The notes under the pieces: generated by a model
Databases searched by the model: none
The model's input: only the letters and a program-made list of their open reading frames with translations
What the model was told of the DNA's origin: nothing
Shown here: positions 55,494 through 64,000 of the stretch, piece by piece
Layout of the letters: every line of letters starts with the position of its first letter
Position numbering within the stretch: position 1 is the stretch's first letter
Source of the DNA: Planctomycetota bacterium
GTDB lineage: Bacteria; Planctomycetota; PLA2; JAEUHO01
Direction of reading: 5' to 3'
Assembly: GCA_965223505.1 (NCBI GenBank)
Contig: CBDCWP010000034.1
Location: 32,001 to 96,000, forward strand
Length of the DNA stretch: 64,000 nucleotides
Made by a program: the position numbers and the translations under genes

Positions 55494-57206
55494 GTGACAG
55501 AGACTCGTTGGCTGTTGGTGGTGTTGCGAGCCCTTCCGGCGGTGTTGTTCTGCGTTGCCGGTGCGGCTGTGGGCACGGCGCGGGCCGAAGTCAGTCTCAA
55601 GAACGGGAACTTCTTCGTTGGCTACACGGATGTGCTGTTCGAGGGCGGCATCCAGCCCAAGATCGAGCGGGTCTACAACTCCAAGTCGCCGTACCACACA
55701 GGGATTTTCGGATGGGGTTGGGGAACCGAGTATGAGGTCAACCTCGAGCAGCGGCCTGACGGAACCGTCGTCGTCAACGAGTTCGGGGGTGGCGCGGAGA
55801 ACCGATTTTTTCCCGAAGACTTTGATGAAAACGCTTCTGAGGAAGCGGTCGACCTGCTGATAGGGGCGGCCCGACTTGCCGGCATTATCGCCGATGATAG
55901 AAACGAGACCCACTACCGGACGCTGCTGGGCTCGGATCCGAGTCGCGCCGGCAACTTCTATTCGAAGCTTGTCGCAAAAGACCTTCTTCCAAGTCTTGCT
56001 ACACCGTTGGGGGCTCGATTACACAGTAACCGATTCGGAAAGCAGACGCTGACCCGGGTGCGCGGCGGTTGGCGACGCGCACACGCGGACGGCCGCGCAG
56101 ACGACTTCGACGAGGACGGTCGGTTGATACGGATCGTCGATGCACACGGGAACTGGATGATCCTCACGCACGACGCCGCCGGACGAATCAGAAGCATCGA
56201 GGACAGTCTTGGTCGAAGAATGTGGTTCCACGTAAGCGACGCTGGGTTGGTTGAACGGATCGAGACCCACGACGGGAAGATCGCTCGGTATGAATACAAT
56301 CACCTGAGAGAGTTGACGTACAGCAAGGACGTCGCCGGGAATGAATACCGATATGAATACTCGAGCGACAGGCGACACAACCTGACTCGCATTTCGTACG
56401 GCGATGGAACACACAGGGATGTCGAGTACTACGGTCGCGATCAGAAGGAGAATGTGAAGCTGGTTCGGGATCGAGACGAGTCGACGACGAGCTATCGATA
56501 CGAGAAGGAGTCAACTGACAATGGATACGTCTTGACGAGATTTCTACGTTCGAGACTCAAGGGTGGCAGAGAAATCGACGCGACACGCTACGTCTACGAG
56601 TACCGCTCGGACCCGACGAAGGGGAGCACGTACCTCCACCGCGAAGAAGTTTCATCGGAGTGGTTCCACCAAGAGACCGTCTATCACCCCCAATTCGGAC
56701 TGCCGCTGCGCAGGGTCGAGGCTGGTGAAACAACAGATTTTGCGTACGACGACAGGGGCAGGATCGTCTCGATGACGACAGCCAAAGAACGGAAGACGCT
56801 TGCGTACCATCCGAGTTTCGACAAGGTCGTTCGGGTGGAGGTGACCACCGAGGTCGGCGTGAATTGGTCTGAGTTCGAATACGACGGCCGGGCGAACCTG
56901 AGAGTTGCGCGAAACTCGGACGGAGCCTGGGTCGAGCTGGAGCATGACGAGCGAGGGCGCGTCCGGAGGATCAACGAGAAGACCGACGAGGCCGAGGCCG
57001 AGAGCATCACCTTCACGTACGACCATCGCTCGAGACCCGTCTTCATCGAGAGCAAAGTGGGCATCATCGAGGTCACGTGGGGCCGCGACGGAGGAACCGA
57101 GGGCGTTCGATCGACGGCCGGGCGCGATGTATCGCTCGCCGTCTACGCGGCCTTCGCCCGACTGCAGGCCATCATTCGTCCAGCGGGCGTGACTCTCGGA
57201 ATGTAA
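55494..57206 (+). CDS. Secreted YD/RHS-repeat protein with DUF6531-like N-terminus
   Basis: Signal peptide, VSLKNGNF, IERVYNS...GIFGWGW, multiple YD..GR repeats. Confidence 0.85.
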   Translation: MTETRWLLVVLRALPAVLFCVAGAAVGTARAEVSLKNGNFFVGYTDVLFEGGIQPKIERVYNSKSPYHTGIFGWGWGTEYEVNLEQRPDGTVVVNEFGGGAENRFFPEDFDENASEEAVDLLIGAARLAGIIADDRNETHYRTLLGSDPSRAGNFYSKLVAKDLLPSLATPLGARLHSNRFGKQTLTRVRGGWRRAHADGRADDFDEDGRLIRIVDAHGNWMILTHDAAGRIRSIEDSLGRRMWFHVSDAGLVERIETHDGKIARYEYNHLRELTYSKDVAGNEYRYEYSSDRRHNLTRISYGDGTHRDVEYYGRDQKENVKLVRDRDESTTSYRYEKESTDNGYVLTRFLRSRLKGGREIDATRYVYEYRSDPTKGSTYLHREEVSSEWFHQETVYHPQFGLPLRRVEAGETTDFAYDDRGRIVSMTTAKERKTLAYHPSFDKVVRVEVTTEVGVNWSEFEYDGRANLRVARNSDGAWVELEHDERGRVRRINEKTDEAEAESITFTYDHRSRPVFIESKVGIIEVTWGRDGGTEGVRSTAGRDVSLAVYAAFARLQAIIRPAGVTLGM

Positions 57207-57209
57207 CCG

Positions 57210-60200
57210 TCATCGGCGTGGTCGAGTCCACAAGACACCATCTCGGACCCGGTGTGGACTCAATCGCTCTACCTGATCCGTGAGGGTGGGGGGCGCGTCG
57301 TGCGCGCTCAGGTCGCGTAGCACCAGGACGGGTCTTCCACGCCCGCCGAGAAGGTATCTGCCGCCCGAGCTCAGTGCGATCATGTCGCCTCCGGCATCGA
57401 ACGCTGCTCGTCCGAGCTGCCTTCCGGTCTCCTTGTGCCAGAACTCGGCTGATCGCCAGGAATTCACTGTGACGACGATGGAACTCGACGGGCCTCGTCC
57501 GGGCAGAATCCGGCGTATCCCCGTCGCGCCGTCCAAGCGTTTGATCGTGCCTTCGGTTACGTCGGCCATCCACGCGCTTCCGTCCCGGCAACACAACACG
57601 AGGCGCGCCCCGTCGAACGCGAGGTCGATGACGTCGTCGCGGGGCCCATAGAGTGTCGTCGCATCGGTCCCTCCCTGCCTCACGAGGTGGGTCGTACGCC
57701 CGGTGGCGGCCGCGACGAGCCCGTCACGAGCGCGAACGGCGATGCAGCCGACAGGTTCGGCACCAGTGCCCACCTGCGCGCTATTCACGACTTCGCCGTT
57801 GCGAGCGTTCCATGTTCGTATGGTCCCGTCCCTGTGGCCGGTCAACAGGTGATTGACGTCTCCCCACGCCCAGGTACGGCACGTCGTCAGGTCCGTGTGC
57901 AACGAAATGGGCGCGCCGTCATCCGTGTCGTAGAGCCGGGGCAGCTCGAAGCCGCGTCCAAGTGCGACGACCGTGCCGTCGCCGTTGAAGACGGCGTCGT
58001 CGGGGGCGCCTCCGGACCAATCCAAACTGCCGATGTTCGTTCCGTCCGCGGCGCGCCACAAAGCAGGCGTTCCGCTCGAGTCAACGGTGACTACGCGCGT
58101 GCGCTCCGGGCCGATCGCGCCGTCCACCAACGCTGCCTCCCCGATGGCGAGCGTCACGCTCGATCGTCGCCGGCCGTCAATGGTGCTCCAGACGTCGATT
58201 CCGCCCCGAGCGTCCAGTGTCATTACGGTCTCGTCCGAATCGTCGGAGGCGGCGTGGATGAGCCGCTCCTTCGTCGAAATCACACGGGTGCGGGCCGCGG
58301 CGCCATCGAGGCGATACACGCGTGTCGATCCGCTTCCGCTTCCGACGGCGAGACGCGTCGCGTCGGGAGAGAGTTCGGCCCACGTCCACGGGTCTTGACC
58401 CTTGGAATTCAGAAAATCGGCGACGAGACGACCCGTCGCCAGCTCCCAAACGGCGGTGTCGCCATCGCCGCTGGTCGTCACGAGCTTGCCGTCGGCGCTC
58501 ATGTCGACGTTGTTCAGCGGCGACCAAATGTGGGGCAGCGAATGAGTGAGCGTCCACGACTCGGTCGCCCAGACGCGAACTGTCGCATCGGGATCCGTCA
58601 GCGTTGCCGTGAGCAAGCGCGTCCCATCGGGCGAAAACAAGACGATGTCCACCGGCCCTCCATGCCCATCGAGCCTCGCGACTTGCACGCCAGTTCGGGG
58701 ATCGTAGACACGCGCGGTCTTGTCGGCGCCGCCGCTCGCGAGCCAGCGGCCGCGCGGATCGAACTCCAACCACTCGGGCCGTCCCTCGTGTTCCAACGGC
58801 GCTTGCTCGCCAGTCTCCAGATTCCAGACAACGAGCTGATCATTGGTGCCGCCGGCGACGCTGGTCCCGTCCGCACTGAATGCCGCGCTCCGCGCCAAGC
58901 CGCGCAAGCCTTCGAGCGTGTGCAGCGCGGAGCCCGTCGCGGCATCCCACACCATGACCGAGTTTGCGGGTCCACGAGTGACGAGTTGCCGTGAGTCCGG
59001 GGAGAAACGAAAGAACCCCGCACTCGAATGGCCGCAGTTGATCACGGCGGGCTTTGTTGGGTGGGCGAGATCCCAGATGCACACTTCGCTGCCCGAGCCG
59101 CCGACCGCTAGGCGACGCCCGTCCTTGCTGATCTCACCGAGGTACAGGATGCGACCAGGAGCCTCGAGGTCGTGGAGGAGGTCGCCCTTCCTCGTGTCCC
59201 AGATCTTCGCGTGTCCATCGAATCCCAGGGTGACGATGCGCTTGGCGTCCGGCGACCAATGAACCGAGTTCGTTCGCGCAGCGTGCCCGTCGAGGAGGAG
59301 CCGGCCTGAGCTCCAATTGTGGCCGCACTCCGCTAGAAGGAAGGGAATGGCACCATCAAACTGCTCCAGACGAAGCGCCTCGGCGAGGCAAGTCAAGGCG
59401 CGCGCGTCATCGTTTCTCGAGACGAGCGCGCGGCGACCCCGCTCCACCCAAAGGGGCCCCGGGTCCACTGCCTCCAGCATCGCGATCGCTTGGGCCAGGT
59501 TCGGATCCGGAGCCCGGGACTTGCCACGGCCCGTGCCCCACGGTACGGCCTTCAATACCCGGTCGGAAATCTGCGTTGAGTCGAGACGCCGGGCGACTCG
59601 CCAGGCGCGGACGAACCCGTCCTCGCTGGCGGTCAGGAGGCGCAATTCGTCGCTCGCCCCGCAGAAACACAGCGAAACGACGGCGCCGCCGTGCTCGAAG
59701 ACCGCCAGGGGCTGTCCGGACGTTGCATCCCAGATTCTCGCCGTCGCGTCGCGCCCGGCGGTGGCGATCAGCCGATCGTCCGGACTGAACGTGAGGGCGA
59801 GAACGTCTCCATCGTGCCCCTCTGCTTGCGCGATCGGTTCGAGTGTGGCCCCGCTCCACACGTTCGCGATGCCGTCGGCGCCGCCGGACACGAGCCGAGA
59901 TCCGGACGTCGAGAACGCCACGCAACGAATCGTCCCCGAGTGCGCGCTACGATTCCACCTCGTGCGTTGACTGAACCACGAGTGCCACAGGGAGAGACTG
60001 CCGTCCGATCCGGCCGTTGCGACCTGGTTCCCGTCGGGTGAGAAGCAACCGCAGCTCGCCTTGCCGAAGTCGCCTCGGTGTTTGCCGTCGTCCGCATACC
60101 AGAGGTTCCCGGCATCACCACACGTCAGGATGCGCGACAGGTCGCTGTTGATCGCGACGTGAGCTGCGGGTTCGCTTGGCCCCTCCGACCTCGCCAACTC

Positions 60201-63200
60201 CTCGCCCGACTCGGTGTCCCACAGCTGCCAAGGGTACGTTATCGAAACTTCGGGCCCCTGGCGGCGGCGTCGCGTGCATGCGACGACGCGCGATCCGTCG
60301 GGAGAGAATTGGGCGCACGAGTACGGATCGTCCTCGCTCTCGAATGCGTGGATCAGTTCCCAGGTACCGGTGTCCCAGACCACCACGCGCTTTCCTCCCG
60401 CGGTGAGCAAGCGACTGCCGTCGGCGTTGAATTGCAGGCTGGCCACCCAGCCGTCGCCATGGTCCAGGATCCGCTCGCATTCGGGGCTCTTGCCATCCCA
60501 GAGACCCACCCCCCTGCCTCGGCCCGCCATCGCGATCAGGTCCTTGCGCGGGTGGTGCGCGGCGGTTGTCGGTACCGCAGGCGCCTTGACGCGCGCCAGC
60601 TGTCCCTCCGACTCGAGACGCCAGATTCTTCCCGCGCCACCCGACGATGCGGTCGCCAGACGACGGCCACCGCGGTACAGAGCGAGCGCGCGAGGCGTCG
60701 AGTTACCGTGGTCGTGCGAGGCAATCGCGCGCCCCGAGCGCGCGTCCCAAACGCGGGCCGTTCCGTCGTCACCTACCGTCACCGCCCGCTCGCCTCCACG
60801 ATCGAACGCCGCCGCTCGGACCCACCCGCTGTGACCTCGAAGCTCGGCGACCTGTTCGCCGCGAAGCCTCCAGAGCGACGCGGCTCCGTCGCTCGTCCCG
60901 AGGATCGCGAGAGTGCCGTCCGACGAAACGGACGCACAGGTGATCTTTGCGCGCGTGGGTCCGAGTGTCGCCACTTGCTTTCCACTACCCGCGTCCCAGA
61001 CGTTGGCAGTGCGGCCATAGCAAGCTGTGACAATGAGATTCGATCCCGCGCGGTCCGCAAAGTCCGCGAGAAAGACCTGGCCATCATTAGCTGCGAGCTC
61101 GTGTTCCACCTCTCCGGATTCGGCGTTCCACACTCGCGCCGTGCGATCACCAGACCCGGTCGCCACACGACTTCCGTCCACACTGAACCTCACCGACAGA
61201 ATCTCCTCGTCATGCGCTCGTTCCCGGTTGCCGGTCCGAAGTCGTACGACGGCACGCCCCGACTCGGTGTCCCAGATCAGCGCACGACCGTCCGTGCCAC
61301 CCGTGAGCAATCGTGAGCCGTCGTCGCTGAAATCCAGCGCATTGATGCCACCACGGTGACCATCGTGGCCCCGAACGACAACACGGCCCGCTGCAGCGCC
61401 GAGCGGTACGGTCGCGATACGATCGCCGAGTGCCGCGTCCAACCGCCCCTCGGTGGTGAAAGCGGCGACCTGGCAGATTCCCAACGACTCGCCGAGTGTG
61501 CGCTCCACACCGCTCGGTCCGACGCGAATCACGTCGCCGGCGCGATCACAGACGACGGCGTGTGACCCGTCCGGAGACATCCAAGCACCCATGGGGCGCA
61601 CGCGCAGTGGATCGGACTTGTATGTGACTTTGAAGGAGTCCAAGTCCAGGATCAAGACCCGCCCCTTGCTCGTACAGACACACGCGTGCGTGCCGCGTTC
61701 GTTCACGACGAAATGGGTGCACAGCTCGTCATCCTCGTCCTCTATAGCTGTTTGCTCGATCGTCGCAACCGGTGTCCCCACGGTGTCGGTCGCGCTGTCC
61801 CATGTGCGCACGGCGCCGTCTTGTGTGGCGACCAAGATCCGCTCGGACGCAGGAGTGAAGGCGAGGCCGACGATGGTCGCGCTCGGCATGTCGTTCGTCG
61901 CGCGGTGCAGTTCGCCGGCACGCCAGACGTGCACGATGGTGAGTCCCGCTGTCGCGAATAGCGTTCCACGGTCGTTGTACGCGACGGCCGTCACATCGGT
62001 CGCGCCCGCCTGCCACGCACGCAACAGGCGCCCGGACGTGTCGTCCCAGATCCGGATCTCCCCTCGAATGCCGACGGTCGCGATCTCCGGCCGACTCGGA
62101 TTGAACCTTGCGAACCGCACCCCTTCGTCGTGCCCCTCCAGCGTGAGGAGCGTGCGCCCGGAAGTCGCGTCGAGCACCCGGACGCGCCGATCCTCGATGC
62201 TGCCGATGAGGATGCGCTCGCCGTCCGGTGATCGTGCGAGACATGTGATCGACTCGAGTCGCGCCGTCGTGGGCTCCATGCTCACCAAGAGCGCGCCCGA
62301 ATCGCAATCCCAGACTCGGGCAGTGCCATCCGCGCTCCCTGTCGCGAGGCGCTTCCCGTCGTTCGTAAGCGCGATTGCATTGACCGCATCCAAGTGCCCG
62401 TCGAAGGAGCGCTCGAGCCGGCCCGTCTCGGCGTTCCAGCGTTTCGCTGTTCCGTCCCTGCTGCCCGTGACGAGGAACGAGCCGTCCGGCGAAGCGAGCA
62501 GCCCCGTGATGTCTTCACTGTGTCCGGTGAGCCGCGCCTGTTCGGCGTCGGCGAGCGCCACTGCTCGCGGCAGGAGCACCGCGAGTGACGGAGCGCCGGC
62601 ATCTAGGCCGTGCGCTGCCGCAAGGTACGCGGCTGCCCTTTGGCCATCGCCGTCGAGCAACGCTCGTCGTCCCTGTTCCACAAGAAACGTAGTCAGTCCC
62701 GCTTGCGCGCGCTTGCGGTTCTCGTCCGCCTCCGCTGCGGACCGTTTCGCAGCGTCCGATCTCTCCTGTGCGATCCCCCGTTGACGCTCGGCGTCCTTAA
62801 GAGCCTGGTCCTTTTCGGATATCGTCTCTTTGAGGTCCTCGTTCAGTGCACCGATCTCTTCGGCCTTGCCCTTGGCCACGAAATAGAAGCCCGAAACAAC
62901 GGCGAGGACGACGCTCAGGACGACCATGCCAACACGGATGCGTCGATCCCTCCGTGCGCGGGACGCCGCGCGTTCGTCCGCGATTCGTCGCTCCGGCAGG
63001 GTGCGGAGGCGGGAGGCCACATCGCCCGCGCCGGCAAGGCGACGCTCGGGGTCGCGATCGACGCAGCGCGCAATGTCGGCTTGAAGCGTCTTGTCGGGGA
63101 CATCCCGGCGCCAACCGGCGCCGAGCGCCCTCCGGAAGTCGCCGATCGCCATCTGATAGAGAAGCACGCCCAGCGCGAAGATGTCGGACTTGATGCTCGC

Positions 63201-64000
63201 CCGCCCGCCTTCATGGAGCTCCGGCGCCAGGTACATGGCCGTGCCGAGCGTGGACGCGTCGGAGTCTCCGGCGAGCAGCTGTGTCTCCAGCGCGCGGTCG
63301 CGGTCGAGCTCGATGTGCTCTCGGTCGAGGAAGCTGAGGCCGAAGTCGGTCAGTCGGATCTCCGTACCGCCTTCCATCAAGACGTTCGAGGGTTTCACGT
63401 CCCGATGGATGATCCCGACGTCGTGCGCCTGCGCGAGGGCGTCCGCAATATTCGCGACGATCTCCATGCGTGTCGCTTCGTCGACGCCGGACACCGGATC
63501 GCTCTCGCGGGCCCAGTCCAAGAGTGTTCCGCCCGGCGAGAACGCCGTAGCCAGATAGTACGGCGCCTTGTCGAAGCGATAGTCGAGGATCGCCGCGATG
63601 GCTCGCTTCCCACGGAGCAGTTCGTTCATCCTGCGAAGCAGGTAGACCTCACGCTGAAAGCGAGTCAGGTGGTCGGCATCAAAGCAGAACTTGAACGCCC
63701 GTTCTTCCCCGGTCGTGTCTTCCCGTGCGAGCCAGACTTCGCCGAATCCGCCCTTGCCGAGGAAGCGATCCAGAACCCAGCGCTCTTCACCAGGCACTTG
63801 CTGCCCGGGCGACGGCCGCCATCCTTCGACCCCCCTCTTGGGTCCGCTGTCAACCGGCTTGATCTTCGCGTTGCCTTTGGGACGACTCGGCTCCGCGACG
63901 CTTCCGATCCCGGTGGGGACGATCTCGCAGATCTCGAGAAGCTCGTCCTCGAGACCCTTCGCCTGATAGGCGCCGTGGAGGTGCCAGCGCAACGTCTCGC
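57210..64000 (-). CDS. Giant Ser/Thr kinase-TM-WD40 protein; N-terminus beyond window, possibly with a class III cyclase domain
   Basis: GKGGFGEV, HRDVKPSN, DFG, YLAPE; TM and coiled coil; dozens of GH...WD repeats; frame stays open to the window end (GAG ACG TTG...). Confidence 0.92.
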   Translation of the reverse strand, partial: ETLRWHLHGAYQAKGLEDELLEICEIVPTGIGSVAEPSRPKGNAKIKPVDSGPKRGVEGWRPSPGQQVPGEERWVLDRFLGKGGFGEVWLAREDTTGEERAFKFCFDADHLTRFQREVYLLRRMNELLRGKRAIAAILDYRFDKAPYYLATAFSPGGTLLDWARESDPVSGVDEATRMEIVANIADALAQAHDVGIIHRDVKPSNVLMEGGTEIRLTDFGLSFLDREHIELDRDRALETQLLAGDSDASTLGTAMYLAPELHEGGRASIKSDIFALGVLLYQMAIGDFRRALGAGWRRDVPDKTLQADIARCVDRDPERRLAGAGDVASRLRTLPERRIADERAASRARRDRRIRVGMVVLSVVLAVVSGFYFVAKGKAEEIGALNEDLKETISEKDQALKDAERQRGIAQERSDAAKRSAAEADENRKRAQAGLTTFLVEQGRRALLDGDGQRAAAYLAAAHGLDAGAPSLAVLLPRAVALADAEQARLTGHSEDITGLLASPDGSFLVTGSRDGTAKRWNAETGRLERSFDGHLDAVNAIALTNDGKRLATGSADGTARVWDCDSGALLVSMEPTTARLESITCLARSPDGERILIGSIEDRRVRVLDATSGRTLLTLEGHDEGVRFARFNPSRPEIATVGIRGEIRIWDDTSGRLLRAWQAGATDVTAVAYNDRGTLFATAGLTIVHVWRAGELHRATNDMPSATIVGLAFTPASERILVATQDGAVRTWDSATDTVGTPVATIEQTAIEDEDDELCTHFVVNERGTHACVCTSKGRVLILDLDSFKVTYKSDPLRVRPMGAWMSPDGSHAVVCDRAGDVIRVGPSGVERTLGESLGICQVAAFTTEGRLDAALGDRIATVPLGAAAGRVVVRGHDGHRGGINALDFSDDGSRLLTGGTDGRALIWDTESGRAVVRLRTGNRERAHDEEILSVRFSVDGSRVATGSGDRTARVWNAESGEVEHELAANDGQVFLADFADRAGSNLIVTACYGRTANVWDAGSGKQVATLGPTRAKITCASVSSDGTLAILGTSDGAASLWRLRGEQVAELRGHSGWVRAAAFDRGGERAVTVGDDGTARVWDARSGRAIASHDHGNSTPRALALYRGGRRLATASSGGAGRIWRLESEGQLARVKAPAVPTTAAHHPRKDLIAMAGRGRGVGLWDGKSPECERILDHGDGWVASLQFNADGSRLLTAGGKRVVVWDTGTWELIHAFESEDDPYSCAQFSPDGSRVVACTRRRRQGPEVSITYPWQLWDTESGEELARSEGPSEPAAHVAINSDLSRILTCGDAGNLWYADDGKHRGDFGKASCGCFSPDGNQVATAGSDGSLSLWHSWFSQRTRWNRSAHSGTIRCVAFSTSGSRLVSGGADGIANVWSGATLEPIAQAEGHDGDVLALTFSPDDRLIATAGRDATARIWDATSGQPLAVFEHGGAVVSLCFCGASDELRLLTASEDGFVRAWRVARRLDSTQISDRVLKAVPWGTGRGKSRAPDPNLAQAIAMLEAVDPGPLWVERGRRALVSRNDDARALTCLAEALRLEQFDGAIPFLLAECGHNWSSGRLLLDGHAARTNSVHWSPDAKRIVTLGFDGHAKIWDTRKGDLLHDLEAPGRILYLGEISKDGRRLAVGGSGSEVCIWDLAHPTKPAVINCGHSSAGFFRFSPDSRQLVTRGPANSVMVWDAATGSALHTLEGLRGLARSAAFSADGTSVAGGTNDQLVVWNLETGEQAPLEHEGRPEWLEFDPRGRWLASGGADKTARVYDPRTGVQVARLDGHGGPVDIVLFSPDGTRLLTATLTDPDATVRVWATESWTLTHSLPHIWSPLNNVDMSADGKLVTTSGDGDTAVWELATGRLVADFLNSKGQDPWTWAELSPDATRLAVGSGSGSTRVYRLDGAAARTRVISTKERLIHAASDDSDETVMTLDARGGIDVWSTIDGRRRSSVTLAIGEAALVDGAIGPERTRVVTVDSSGTPALWRAADGTNIGSLDWSGGAPDDAVFNGDGTVVALGRGFELPRLYDTDDGAPISLHTDLTTCRTWAWGDVNHLLTGHRDGTIRTWNARNGEVVNSAQVGTGAEPVGCIAVRARDGLVAAATGRTTHLVRQGGTDATTLYGPRDDVIDLAFDGARLVLCCRDGSAWMADVTEGTIKRLDGATGIRRILPGRGPSSSIVVTVNSWRSAEFWHKETGRQLGRAAFDAGGDMIALSSGGRYLLGGRGRPVLVLRDLSAHDAPPTLTDQVERLSPHRVRDGVLWTRPRR

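Overview
GC-rich bacterial chromosomal window. The secreted HEAT/VWA proteins, PSCyt-like cytochrome repeats and giant kinase-WD40 protein suggest a Planctomycetota/PVC-type organism (inference only). Core-like blocks are: nth with a degenerate PolX-PHP; an atypical cbb3-type oxidase operon ending in an 894-aa multidomain cytochrome c; aquaporin-arsC; a truncated comEC; kdsD-PMM/PGM-acylase; a GHMP kinase; and aroC. Three tRNA genes are present (Lys-CTT, Thr-TGT, Tyr-GTA). Accessory-looking patchworks of unrelated genes follow tRNA-Lys (about 9.7-24.9 kb) and tRNA-Tyr (51.7-64 kb), with no recognisable integrase or transposase. The most unexplained signal is a family of about 75-105 bp asymmetric palindromic elements (core CATAC[C/G]GTACCGGGTTT), seen only between genes of those two post-tRNA regions. 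It includes a 36/37-bp direct repeat flanking a 1.3-kb two-gene cassette. A separate GTAG-type REP family, many apparent leaderless promoters, two frameshifted genes and a possible cyclase-kinase-WD40 / cNMP-sensor / YD-protein module are also visible. All calls are by eye, without database searches, and start codons are best estimates.
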